64,000 nt of DNA from Candidatus Omnitrophota bacterium (GTDB lineage Bacteria > Omnitrophota > Gorgyraeia > Pluralincolimonadales > Pluralincolimonadaceae), in NCBI GenBank assembly GCA_041653595.1, contig JBAZFB010000004.1, forward strand, positions 14,757 to 78,756, written 5' to 3'. Below the pieces are notes generated by a model, which saw only the letters and a program-made list of their open reading frames with translations, had not been told where the DNA came from and did not search any database. Shown one piece after another: positions 1 to 9,243 of the stretch (positions are counted from its first letter, which is position 1; every line of letters begins with the position of its first letter). The translations under genes were made by a program, and so were the position numbers.

Positions 1-1641
1 AACCTCAAGAACGCGAAATTACTGGATGATATCACCGACCTGACGAAGAAATACAACCTGTATTTCCAGCTCGTATTGAACCAGCACGGGCAGCTCAGCA
101 CAAAGGTCGACCCGGAGTGGCTCAATAACCCCTACAACGTGAAGAACGGCGGGCCATGCAAGGAGCCGAAAGATTTCCTTACGAACCCGGAAGCCAGGAA
201 GCTCTATAAGATGCGCGTGCGTTATATCGTGGCGCGCTGGGGATACTCCACGAACATCCTCGCGTGGGAGCCGTGGAACGAGCTTACGCTCATGGACAAT
301 TACGACGCGAAACTCGACATCCCGTGGCAGAGGGAGATGGGCCAGTACATTAATTCGATCGACCCCTACAGGCACATGGTAACCACCAGCTATTTCGGCA
401 ACTTCCCGAAGGAGATCTGGAAGCAGCCCGAGATATCCTACGGCCAGATACATATGTATACGCCGGAGATAGTCACGACCCTCGACGGGCTCTATACGAT
501 AATGAAGGATTATAAGAAGGCGTATTTCGTCGGCGAGTACGGCGGCAGCAATTTAAGCGGCATCGATATACAAGACCCGAATGCCACGGTCCACCACAAC
601 GGCATCTGGGCCGCCTATACCACAGTATCATCCGGCGACGCGATGCCGTGGCAATGGGACGATTATATCGAGCCGAATAACTTTTATTTCCACTGGCTCT
701 CGCTCGCAAAATTCAACGAGGGCGAAGACAGGCGCGGCCAAAGCTACCGGTACAGCCGCGGGACGCTCGAGTTCGATGACGGGACGATACTTAACGCCCA
801 GGGCATAATGAATAACAAGAGGGCGCTTATCTGGGTATATGACCTGCTGAGGACGAAATTCAACCAGGGCGCGTTCAGGCCTCTTGATATCAAAGGCGCC
901 GTATTGACGGTCGCCGGGATGGACAAGGGAGATTATAAAGTCGAGTTCTGGGACACATATAGCGGGAAAGTCACCGGGACGGTCGATGCCGCGTGCAAAG
1001 GCTCGAAGATAGAGATACCCTTGCCCGAGATAACCCGGGATATGGCCCTAAAGGTGATATCCCTGGATGCCAAGGCCCGTCCCAGGCCTGCAAAGGTCTA
1101 CATAGCTTCGAAATTGCTGAAGAAGGATGTGCCGTTGGAGATGCGCGATATCTGGGAAGGTTTTGAGAAACAGGGCGATTGGGTCTGCGCGGACTGGGGC
1201 GATAAAGGGAAGGTTTCGCTCGCCAAAGACAGGCTCACCGAAGGCAAGACTTCGATCAAAGTGGTATTCGACAAGGCGGGCAAGAGGACCGATGGGAAAG
1301 GCCTGTGCCTCCAGAATACCAAGCTTGACCTCGACCTGTCAAAGGCCAAAAAGATGATATTCGATGTTTATCTCGACGCGCCGAACTCCATAGAGGTAGC
1401 GGCCGTCCTTAACAGCAAGGGCTTCTGCGAGAGCGTCAGGAAGCAGCTGGTTCCCGGCTGGAACAGGAACATCACGTTCGATCTTACGGCTAATACTTTC
1501 AAGAAACAATCGACCAAGTGGCAACACAAGGGCGCCATCGACAGGGAAGAGCCGATGAAAGAAATGATGTTCATGTTCTACCCGTGGGACGTGGATTCCG
1601 GCGCTATCTACGTAGACAATGTGGGATTTTTGAACGACTAG
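1..1641 (+). CDS. Putative clan GH-A (GH5-like) glycoside hydrolase, 5'-truncated by the window edge. Paralog of the 9244..11370 gene, with a C-terminal beta-sandwich/CBM-like region.
   Basis: Frame 1 is open from nt 1. The translation (…QHGQLSTK…NPYNVKNGGPCKEPKDFLTNPEARKLYK…RYIVARWGYSTNILAWEPWNEL) aligns residue-for-residue with the 9244 ORF (…IHGQFSTSS…NPYNAKNGGPCKSPPDFFTNEDATKLFK…RYIIARWGYSPAIFSWELWNEI). The W-E-x-W-N-E motif resembles the GH5 acid/base NEP region. The tails also match (GMDKGDYKVEFWDTYSGKV vs GLKDGDYAVEYFDTIAGGV). Exact family (DUF4038/GH140-like or GH5) was not verified. Confidence 0.7.
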   Translation, partial: NLKNAKLLDDITDLTKKYNLYFQLVLNQHGQLSTKVDPEWLNNPYNVKNGGPCKEPKDFLTNPEARKLYKMRVRYIVARWGYSTNILAWEPWNELTLMDNYDAKLDIPWQREMGQYINSIDPYRHMVTTSYFGNFPKEIWKQPEISYGQIHMYTPEIVTTLDGLYTIMKDYKKAYFVGEYGGSNLSGIDIQDPNATVHHNGIWAAYTTVSSGDAMPWQWDDYIEPNNFYFHWLSLAKFNEGEDRRGQSYRYSRGTLEFDDGTILNAQGIMNNKRALIWVYDLLRTKFNQGAFRPLDIKGAVLTVAGMDKGDYKVEFWDTYSGKVTGTVDAACKGSKIEIPLPEITRDMALKVISLDAKARPRPAKVYIASKLLKKDVPLEMRDIWEGFEKQGDWVCADWGDKGKVSLAKDRLTEGKTSIKVVFDKAGKRTDGKGLCLQNTKLDLDLSKAKKMIFDVYLDAPNSIEVAAVLNSKGFCESVRKQLVPGWNRNITFDLTANTFKKQSTKWQHKGAIDREEPMKEMMFMFYPWDVDSGAIYVDNVGFLND

Positions 1642-1695
1642 GGATCTCAGACGCAGGATAACAAAATTTTACATCAAAAAAGCAATAATATATTC

Positions 1696-1724
1696 TTGAC
1701 AAAGAGTGCTTAAGGTGATATATT
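1696..1724 (+). promoter_or_regulatory. Sigma-70-like promoter: TTGACA, 17 nt spacer, TATATT, upstream of the PEP-CTERM gene.
   Basis: TTGACA lies at 1696-1701, a 17 nt spacer follows, and TATATT lies at 1719-1724, in a 293 bp AT-rich intergenic region. This would give a leader of roughly 200 nt. Confidence 0.45.
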
Positions 1725-1934
1725 TCCTTTGATAGTTATACCAGAGTATACTTGCCTTGTTATTCAATAATCATTTAATCCTTGTAGAAACATCTTTGTT
1801 TCCAATTAAATAGTATACTAGGATATACTAATCAAAGGAAAGGGGGTTGGTAAATGGTCAAAAGCTTAATAGCGGTAAAGGAAGAGATCAGCCAAACAAT
1901 TTCAACATTTCAAAAAGAAGGAGGTGAAACAATA

Positions 1935-2603
1935 ATGATGAAGTACATGGTAGTGATTGCAGCGATGTTATTGGTAAGCGGTTCGGCGTTCGGTACAACT
2001 TTGTATGACTTCGAGTCAGGCACGCAGGATTGGTCAGCTCAGACTTATGTAGACAGCCAGGCTATATCCGCCGTTGCGCAATCCAGCGCCCAGGCAAAAT
2101 CCGGTTCATCTTCATTGATGGGAACGACTCACTTGGTTGCGACGAACCCGGCCGATGCTAATTACAGCAAGGGTGAGGTCAAGATCGAAAGAGGCGCATC
2201 TAACGCGCTTAATCTGCAAGGAGTACTGGCTTCTGTGTCGGTCTTCGGACCTACCGGCGCGAAGGGAGGGAATCCTTCGTCCCCCAACGGATGGCAGATG
2301 TTCTTTAAAGACACTTCCTGGAAGTCGTGGTACGGTCCGTGGAGTGATTTGACGGAGAATACCTGGCAGACGTTATCGGTAACGCCAGGTTCTACGGTCC
2401 CGGCTTTTGTCGATTCGGGTTTTGACCCCACGCAGATCATGGTCATGGGCGTCAAGATCGGTACCGGTGGTTCGGCCACAGGGACCTATGACGGTCCCGT
2501 CTATGTCGACGACTACACCGTGGTCCCTGAACCGGCGAGCATGCTTCTTCTCGGCAGCGGTCTGATTGGCATCTTTGGTTTCGCGAGAAAGAAGAAAGCG
2601 TAG
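1935..2603 (+). CDS. PEP-CTERM sorting-domain protein with an N-terminal signal peptide and a CBM-like beta-sandwich domain.
   Basis: A strong SD (aagaaggaggtgaaacaataATGATG) precedes the start. The signal peptide reads MMKYMVVIAAMLLVSGSAFG. The C-terminus VPEPASMLLLGSGLIGIFGFARKKKA is a canonical PEP-CTERM (VPEP, TM helix, basic tail). 'YDFESGTQDW' is a CBM_4_9-like start. The ORF track begins at 1854, but that in-frame extension would precede the signal peptide. Confidence 0.8.
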   Translation: MMKYMVVIAAMLLVSGSAFGTTLYDFESGTQDWSAQTYVDSQAISAVAQSSAQAKSGSSSLMGTTHLVATNPADANYSKGEVKIERGASNALNLQGVLASVSVFGPTGAKGGNPSSPNGWQMFFKDTSWKSWYGPWSDLTENTWQTLSVTPGSTVPAFVDSGFDPTQIMVMGVKIGTGGSATGTYDGPVYVDDYTVVPEPASMLLLGSGLIGIFGFARKKKA

Positions 2604-2659
2604 TAAAAATTCGACAGTAGAGGTACAATAAGAAAAATAATAAAGGGGGTATTAAAGCT

Positions 2660-5089
2660 ATGAGGAAAGTTCAAAAGGACTTGCTCCCTCACCCGAAAAT
2701 AGCTTTAAGCACCCCCTTTTTTATCTCCGGGAGGAACAATAGGGGCGTCGCCCTTATCCTCACGGTAGGGGTGTTGGCCCTTATCCTGCTCGTCGGCACT
2801 TCCTTTGCCATCAACATGATAGCGGACCTCAAGTCGGCGAAAAACTTCAGGAATGCCGCGGAAGCGAAATATCTCGCCGAGGCCGGGATAAACAGGGCGA
2901 TCTCCGAACTCCTCTACGGCACCGAAGGATTTGTAAGCGACGCGGTCGACTCGTCGGATGAGCTTTGGGCGCAGAGCCCAGCTTATAATACGCCGGTAGG
3001 TAACGGCGGTTATAGGGTAGATAAAATATATGATTGCGCGGGCCAGATATGCATAAACGACGCAAATCCTAACCTAAGCGTTATACTGGAGAACCTGGTC
3101 GCTTCCCTTGGCGCGCCCCTGTCCGCCGGCGATGGCGCGGCGATAGTCACTAATCGTCCCGCTGCCGGTTATACCACAAAGGAAACAATAATAGAAGCCC
3201 TTCCCGGAGCGGCGCTTGCCGACAAAAAGGCAAAATACAATAAGATAAAGGACCATATAACCTTACAGGCATTTATAGATTACGATGTAATAAGCCCCGC
3301 GTCGCCTTATCCCGCGGCGCCCAGGGCGCCGGTAAACGTGAATACCGCATCAAGGGAGGTATTGATCGCGGTCCTGACGGGGATAAGCGACGGCACGAAT
3401 ACTATGACTTCCGCGAAGGCCGCTGCCCTCACCGACCATCTTATAAATAACCGCCCTTACGGGACCTACGACCAGTTGTGGGGCATGCTCTTGTCCGCAG
3501 AGACGCTCGGTTATATCGCCGCCGGCGACGCTGCTGCCGTCATGGCGAACGCCAACCCGAACACGGACCTGATGCGCGCGAACCCCAATTATTCATGGCG
3601 GTATAAGCATGTATCGAGGTATGATCCCGCCAATCCCGACATCCAGGCCTATTACGACGCGAATGGCGTCCCCCTCACGGTAGATAAGACCGCGCTCTCG
3701 GTTTATACGACGGAATTCTGCTTCAACTCCGGCGGATATTATGAGATCAACGCGACCGGGTTCATAAATGACGCGTCAGGGAACCAGGTGGCATCTAAAA
3801 GCCTGCAGGCGGTCGTAAAACTTTTCGATATCTGGAAACAGACTACCCAGGCCCAGTTCGCGCAGGGCACGATAAGTAATACCGAGCTCTATCCGGAGTA
3901 CGACCAGGCCTCTTCCGGCGTATCTCCCGCCGCCTATGACGGGCAGGTAATGCTCACGACAAGGAAAGAAGCAGCCCCTTCCGGAACACCGCATTTCAAG
4001 ATCGATTACGCAGATAAGGCCAATCATCTGAACGCCGACAGCGCGGGGGGAAACGCTGCCAGGCAGACGAGCGGCGTCACAGGCCCTATCCCGAGGGAGG
4101 CCGGCATACTTGCTAATCCTGCGGGCAATCTTATGCCTGACGGGGTATTTTATCCCCGCGATGGACAGACTATAGATTGGTTTTATCCAGAAAACAATAT
4201 AGAGGCGAGCAGGGGCTCTATAGAGATATGGTTTAAGCCGAATTTCTATGAAAGATGGGTGACGTTTCCTACCTATGATTCGGGTAAGATATTTGAAACG
4301 CAGACCAGATCTTTTTGGGATGCCGACGGCAATGAATGGAAATGGTCCAATTCTTCCATTGATATGTATATGGCCAGGGGTTCCGGCGAGACCTCGTGTA
4401 AAGTCGTCGTCAGGGTCCACGGGAAAGACGGCCTGGAGCATAATTTTTCTTATTGGCTTTGGGGCGTCAGCAGTTCCTGGGGGGCGGGGACGTGGCACCA
4501 CCTGGCTTTTGTGTGGGACTTTAATACCGCGGAACAGCATATGTATATAGACGGGATCAGCCAATATGATAATTCGCTGGCCATCCAGCCATACGGGTTT
4601 ACCGGATTTCAGGGCCTGCAGTTCGGCTGCGATACGAACGCGAACGAGCCTCCGAACGGCACTATGGATGAGATACGCGTATTCCCGACGATGTTAAATG
4701 CATCCGACATCGGCAACGATTGCGCTGCCGGAAGATACTACGATGTGGGGGACGCCTCTTTTACGTCTTCTTCGCATGCGGCGGGCGCGGTAAGACTTGG
4801 GACTATATCATGGACCGAACACGTCTCGGACATGAACGGCAACCCTATTATCCCGGGTGCGGACATAACTTTTGACGTTTTTGACGGCGCGAATTGGCTA
4901 GGCAACAGCTCATCCAGGTCTAACCCGGCGGGCAATCCGCTCAATGTCGTTACCGGCGGCACGGGTGATATCAGGTATAACGCCTATTTCCTGGAATCCG
5001 GGGACGGCCTCCTTGATTCGCCGGTCCTGGACGATGTGACGATAACTTATCAAAAACGCGCGAAGATATTATACTGGAGAAATATATAA
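2660..5089 (+). CDS. GspK-like minor pseudopilin (T2SS protein K / PilX-N family) with a large C-terminal extension containing a LamG / concanavalin A-like lectin domain.
   Basis: The N-terminus RGVALILTVGVLALILLVGTSFA, followed by a helix, resembles E. coli GspK 'RGMALVVVLVLLAVMMLVTITLS'. 'VNVNTASREVLIAVLTGI' matches the GspK 'ININTLDVTQSVILEAL' helix-hairpin-helix motif. The C-terminal region has LamG_3-like signatures (SIEIWFKPNFYERW…WHHLAFVWDFNTAEQHMYIDGIS…GLQFGCDT…MDEIRVF). An RBS (aaagggggtattaaagctATG) precedes the start. Confidence 0.75.
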   Translation: MRKVQKDLLPHPKIALSTPFFISGRNNRGVALILTVGVLALILLVGTSFAINMIADLKSAKNFRNAAEAKYLAEAGINRAISELLYGTEGFVSDAVDSSDELWAQSPAYNTPVGNGGYRVDKIYDCAGQICINDANPNLSVILENLVASLGAPLSAGDGAAIVTNRPAAGYTTKETIIEALPGAALADKKAKYNKIKDHITLQAFIDYDVISPASPYPAAPRAPVNVNTASREVLIAVLTGISDGTNTMTSAKAAALTDHLINNRPYGTYDQLWGMLLSAETLGYIAAGDAAAVMANANPNTDLMRANPNYSWRYKHVSRYDPANPDIQAYYDANGVPLTVDKTALSVYTTEFCFNSGGYYEINATGFINDASGNQVASKSLQAVVKLFDIWKQTTQAQFAQGTISNTELYPEYDQASSGVSPAAYDGQVMLTTRKEAAPSGTPHFKIDYADKANHLNADSAGGNAARQTSGVTGPIPREAGILANPAGNLMPDGVFYPRDGQTIDWFYPENNIEASRGSIEIWFKPNFYERWVTFPTYDSGKIFETQTRSFWDADGNEWKWSNSSIDMYMARGSGETSCKVVVRVHGKDGLEHNFSYWLWGVSSSWGAGTWHHLAFVWDFNTAEQHMYIDGISQYDNSLAIQPYGFTGFQGLQFGCDTNANEPPNGTMDEIRVFPTMLNASDIGNDCAAGRYYDVGDASFTSSSHAAGAVRLGTISWTEHVSDMNGNPIIPGADITFDVFDGANWLGNSSSRSNPAGNPLNVVTGGTGDIRYNAYFLESGDGLLDSPVLDDVTITYQKRAKILYWRNI

Positions 5090-6169
5090 ATGAAAAAGGG
5101 AATATGTTTCATCTCTCTTATATTTGCTCTGTCATTGGCGTGCCGGGCCTCATTCGCGGACACGGTGACGCTCAATAACGGCCGCTCGCTCGAAGGAGAG
5201 ATACTCGAAGAGAACGGCGCGACCATGACTTTAAGGACGAAAATAGGAAAGGTAATTTTCAAACGCGCCGATGTCGCCTCGGAGAAACGCACGGAGCTGC
5301 CCGAGGGATTCTTCGGCGCGAGGGCGGAGGAGAAGCCCCGGGTCACGGTAAATCCGGTGCCGCTCAAGGCCGAGGGTTACGGCGAGGCGAATTCCGGGAA
5401 ATTTAATTTGAACGTTTCGGCCGAGATGAAAAGTTCTTACAACGGCGACGCTATTCTCGTTAAGTATAAGACAAACCTTCCGCAGAAGACCGTCCTCTTC
5501 CTGCAGGTCAGGGCGCTCAACCAGGTTATCGTCACGCGCAAGCATGCGGTGGAAGGGCAGTCATTTGCGATAAGGTTCGGCCCGTTCAAGGAGAAGAGAT
5601 TCTCGCCGGGCATCTATGTAGTCGAGGTCTCCTGCATAGCCTCAAGGCAGGAGAGCGAAGAGATAAAGAAGAAACTCGAAGGCGTTGGCGATATCGTCGC
5701 GACCGCGGAGATCCGCGTAGGGTCTCCGGACGAGGCAGAGGGGGCTACCGGCAAGCGCAGGAAGGAGTTGGCGGCCGAACTTAAGGAACTGGACAGCCTT
5801 TACAATAAGCTGAGCCTGGAATACGAATCCCAAAAGAAGAAATTCAACAAAGAGAGATGGGAATCGTTTACGAACGACTTTGAGGGCACGATAGAGAAGA
5901 TAAAGGATGCGGACCTGGCGTACCGGAAGGTCGCGATAGTCATGGACTACCCGGCGCAGGAGAACGCCAAGATATCTATCGCGGATATTTTAAGGAAGCT
6001 CCGGATCCGTTATGCGGAAAGTCTATACAAGGCGAACAACCTCGAGTTCAAGGTCCCTCCGTCGGATGACGGCAGGGGAGCGGAAGCGCTCGACGTCAAC
6101 ACGAAGAGCCTTCTTGCCTCTGCCCGTAGTTTTGTAGAGAAATCGGAAAAAAAGACGGAGCAAAAGTAA
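5090..6169 (+). CDS. Hypothetical secreted protein with a signal peptide and a C-terminal coiled-coil-rich region, translationally coupled to the GspK-like gene.
   Basis: ATG is 1 nt after the upstream stop (tataaATGaaaaag). The signal peptide is MKKGICFISLIFALSLACRASFA. The C-terminal half is K/E-rich and low-complexity helical. No recognisable catalytic motif. Confidence 0.7.
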   Translation: MKKGICFISLIFALSLACRASFADTVTLNNGRSLEGEILEENGATMTLRTKIGKVIFKRADVASEKRTELPEGFFGARAEEKPRVTVNPVPLKAEGYGEANSGKFNLNVSAEMKSSYNGDAILVKYKTNLPQKTVLFLQVRALNQVIVTRKHAVEGQSFAIRFGPFKEKRFSPGIYVVEVSCIASRQESEEIKKKLEGVGDIVATAEIRVGSPDEAEGATGKRRKELAAELKELDSLYNKLSLEYESQKKKFNKERWESFTNDFEGTIEKIKDADLAYRKVAIVMDYPAQENAKISIADILRKLRIRYAESLYKANNLEFKVPPSDDGRGAEALDVNTKSLLASARSFVEKSEKKTEQK

Positions 6170-6210
6170 CTATTTCTTGACTTTTTATCACAATAGAGAA
6201 TAATAAGGCT

Positions 6211-7455
6211 ATGCGCGGAATAGAACGCGGAAGTGCTATATGGTGTCTTTTTTTATTTTTTGCGGCCCTCATTTTATCCTGCCTTTCCGGCTGCGCGAAG
6301 AAATCTTCCGAGAAAGAGATACTCATGTGGCTCGTCGGTTCCGAGAAGCAGGCCCAGAAGATAACCGAGCTCGGGCGGGATTTTTATAAAGAGACCGGAG
6401 TCAAAGTGAGATGCGAGGCGCTCTCGTGGGGAGAGGCCCATTCGAAATACCTGACCTCGGTCGTAGGGGAAGTCACCCCCGACATCGGGACGATGGGGCT
6501 TACCTGGGGGACCGAATTCGGCAACCTGGGCGCGATGGTCGACCTCCAGAAGGCTTTTCCTGCGGACCTCAAGGATATAGAGGACAACATCTTTCCCGGC
6601 CTCGCGGAATCCATAAGATATAAAAACAGCGTCTATGCCGTCCCGTTCGATATAAGCGAATATGTAATGTATTACAGGATCGACATAGTCGGAAGGCCGC
6701 CGCGGGACTGGAAAGAACTGGCTTCCCTTCTGGCCGATCTCAACCGCGACGGCAAGTCGATGATAATCGACTGGGGCGGCCTCGGATGGATAGGATACAG
6801 CCCGTTCCTGTGGCAGGCGGGCGGGGATTTTTATAATAAGGAGAAGACGGCCGCCACGCTCGATACCGCGGCCGCGGAAACCGGGATGGAATTCTTTACC
6901 GGCCTATATAAGAGATACGGCGTGCCGAAAGAGGAGAAACCCGTAGAGCAAGGATTTAAGATGGGCGACTACCCGATATTCATCTCCGGGAACTGGAAGA
7001 TGAAGAGCCTTGCGGACGTTGCCCCGGAGATAAACGGTAAATGGGGCATATCGCCGCTCCCGGCCGGGCCCACAGGAAAGAGGACCGGGTTCATCGGCGG
7101 CAGGGTTATGGGAGTCTTCTCCCAGTCCAAATTAAAGGATGAGTCGTGGGAGTTCATCAAGTATCTCTCCCGCCCGGCGGTCCAGCTGAAATTATACGAG
7201 GCGACCCTCGAGTCGCACGATACCTATCTTCCCCCGAACATAAAGACGTGGGATATCCTCCCGATGGATGCGGCGTTCAAGGAACCGCTTAAGGCGCAGG
7301 CGATGGACTCGAAAGGGCCGCCGTCATTATTGGGCTGGGATGACAGCACGAGGTTCATAGATACGGCCATACAACTTATCGTCCTGAAGGGCAAGGACGT
7401 GAAGGCCGCTTTAGCCGGCGCGAACGACGAGTTGAACAGGAGGCTCAGGAAGTGA
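6211..7455 (+). CDS. ABC transporter extracellular solute-binding lipoprotein (family 1, CUT1 sugar type).
   Basis: The LSGC lipobox follows the signal peptide. The length and composition are typical of sugar SBPs. The gene is followed by two MalF/MalG-type permeases. Confidence 0.8.
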   Translation: MRGIERGSAIWCLFLFFAALILSCLSGCAKKSSEKEILMWLVGSEKQAQKITELGRDFYKETGVKVRCEALSWGEAHSKYLTSVVGEVTPDIGTMGLTWGTEFGNLGAMVDLQKAFPADLKDIEDNIFPGLAESIRYKNSVYAVPFDISEYVMYYRIDIVGRPPRDWKELASLLADLNRDGKSMIIDWGGLGWIGYSPFLWQAGGDFYNKEKTAATLDTAAAETGMEFFTGLYKRYGVPKEEKPVEQGFKMGDYPIFISGNWKMKSLADVAPEINGKWGISPLPAGPTGKRTGFIGGRVMGVFSQSKLKDESWEFIKYLSRPAVQLKLYEATLESHDTYLPPNIKTWDILPMDAAFKEPLKAQAMDSKGPPSLLGWDDSTRFIDTAIQLIVLKGKDVKAALAGANDELNRRLRK

Positions 7456-8354
7456 AGTCGGTAGCCAAGGAATTGAACAAGCAGAAATGGGCGTATATCT
7501 TCATCGGGCCGTCCTTTATCATCTTCGCCGTATTTCTCATAATACCGGTCTTCGCGTCGCTTTACTGGAGCCTGACCGAATACAATATCCTCCAGCCGCC
7601 CAAATTTGTCGGCCTGCAGAATTATATAAATATAATATTCCACGACCCGCGTTTCTGGAAGGCGATGGTAAACACCGCGATCTATGTGGCCGGCACGGTC
7701 CCGACGAGCATAGCTATCTCGCTGCTTCTCGCCGTGGCCATCGACCAGAACATCCGTTTCAAGAACTGGTTCAAGACCTTCTTCTTCATCCCGAGTATCA
7801 CTTCGATTATAGCGATCTCGGTCATCTGGAAGTGGCTTTACGCGAGCGGGAAATACGGCCTCTTTAACCACGCCCTTTCGTCGATCGGGATAGCGCCGGT
7901 AAACTGGCTCGGAGTGGATTGGACGCTTCCCTCGATAATAATCATGAGCGTCTGGGGCGGTCTCGGGTATAACATGATACTCTTCATCGCCGGGCTGCAA
8001 GGCATCCCCCAGGTCTTCTATGAGGCGGCCGAGGTCGACGGGGCGAGCGAATGGGACAAGTTCCGCAACATCACGCTTCCGCTCCTGGCGCCGACGATGG
8101 TCTTTGTCACCATAATGTCGATCATAAGCGCGTTCCAGGTCTTCGACGCGGTATATATCATGACCTACAGTTCGGAGGGGGCGGTGGGCGGGGCGCTCGA
8201 CTGCGCGCTGACGATAGTCGCGTATCTCTACGATACCGGCTTCCAGAGGTTCGCGATGGGCTACGCCTCGGCGCTGGCGTACCTGATATTCTTCGTCCTC
8301 TTCATCGTAACGGTGATAAACATGAGACTGGTCGAGAAAAAGATAGAGTATTGA
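7452..8354 (+). CDS. Carbohydrate ABC transporter permease (MalF/UgpA-like).
   Basis: Multi-TM protein with an EAA loop 'EAAEVDGASEWDKFRNITLPLLAPT'. GTG start overlaps the SBP stop (GTGA). Confidence 0.85.
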   Translation: MKSVAKELNKQKWAYIFIGPSFIIFAVFLIIPVFASLYWSLTEYNILQPPKFVGLQNYINIIFHDPRFWKAMVNTAIYVAGTVPTSIAISLLLAVAIDQNIRFKNWFKTFFFIPSITSIIAISVIWKWLYASGKYGLFNHALSSIGIAPVNWLGVDWTLPSIIIMSVWGGLGYNMILFIAGLQGIPQVFYEAAEVDGASEWDKFRNITLPLLAPTMVFVTIMSIISAFQVFDAVYIMTYSSEGAVGGALDCALTIVAYLYDTGFQRFAMGYASALAYLIFFVLFIVTVINMRLVEKKIEY

Positions 8355-8355
8355 T

Positions 8356-9240
8356 ATGGACATAAACGGGATAAAAGAGCTGGAGAGAAGAGGCACCGTC
8401 AGGGTCGCGAGCAAGAAGAAGCAGCAGCGGACCGCCAACCTCCTCATTTATACTTTCCTGATAGCCGGCTCATTCATAATGATCGTGCCGTTCGTGTGGA
8501 TGATAGTCACGTCATTCAAACCGCTCGACGAGATAAATACCTATCCGCCGAGCTTCTTTATCCGCAAGCCGACGATCGCGGCATACCTTGAACTCTTCAG
8601 GATAATACCGATGGGCAGGTATTTCCTCAACAGCCTTTTTGCCACGACGGCGATCACGCTGGCCAACATATTCTTCTGTTCCCTGGCCGGCTACGCCTTC
8701 GCCAAGCACAGGTTCTTCGGCAGGGACAAGCTCTTCCTCCTGCTTGTGGGTTCGATGATGATACCCTGGCAGGTGAACCTGATACCGAGTTTCGTCATAG
8801 TGAAGAAGTTCGGGTGGCTTAACTCGTTTTACGGGTTGATAATCCCGGCGATGTCCGGCGCGTTCGGGATATTCCTGATGAGGCAGTTCATAATGAACAT
8901 CCCGGATGACCTGATAGACGCGGCTAAGATAGACGGCTGTTCCGAGTTCACTATATACCGCAGGGTGATCTTGCCGCTCATACAGCCGGCGCTCGCCTCG
9001 CTGGCGATATTTACCTTTATGGCCCAATGGAACAATTTCGTCTGGCCGCTCGTGATAATATATTCCTCGAAGATGAGGACGATACCGCTCGCGCTCTCTG
9101 TCCTGAACGGGCAGTTCGGGACGAATTTCGCGATGGTCATGGCCGGCGCCGTGGTCGCCACGGCCCCCGTATTGATAGTATTTATAGCCTTCCAGAAATA
9201 TTTCGTAAAGGGTATAGCGCTTACCGGCCTGAAGGCGTGA
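8356..9240 (+). CDS. Carbohydrate ABC transporter permease (MalG/UgpE-like).
   Basis: EAA loop 'AAKIDGCSEFTIYRRVILPLIQPAL'. Six TM segments. No ATPase gene in the locus, which is usual for CUT1 systems sharing an MsmK-like ATPase. Confidence 0.85.
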   Translation: MDINGIKELERRGTVRVASKKKQQRTANLLIYTFLIAGSFIMIVPFVWMIVTSFKPLDEINTYPPSFFIRKPTIAAYLELFRIIPMGRYFLNSLFATTAITLANIFFCSLAGYAFAKHRFFGRDKLFLLLVGSMMIPWQVNLIPSFVIVKKFGWLNSFYGLIIPAMSGAFGIFLMRQFIMNIPDDLIDAAKIDGCSEFTIYRRVILPLIQPALASLAIFTFMAQWNNFVWPLVIIYSSKMRTIPLALSVLNGQFGTNFAMVMAGAVVATAPVLIVFIAFQKYFVKGIALTGLKA

Positions 9241-9243
9241 CGC

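Noticed and set aside
1854-1934. 27-codon in-frame N-terminal extension of the PEP-CTERM gene (ORF-track start)
   Set aside because: It would place hydrophilic residues before the signal peptide. The internal ATGATG at 1935 has a near-perfect SD. It cannot be fully excluded as an alternative start.
7224-8447. 407-aa minus-strand ORF opposite the ABC permease gene
   Set aside because: R/D/E/Y-rich low-complexity translation, antisense to a well-supported permease with an EAA motif. Typical GC-rich shadow ORF.
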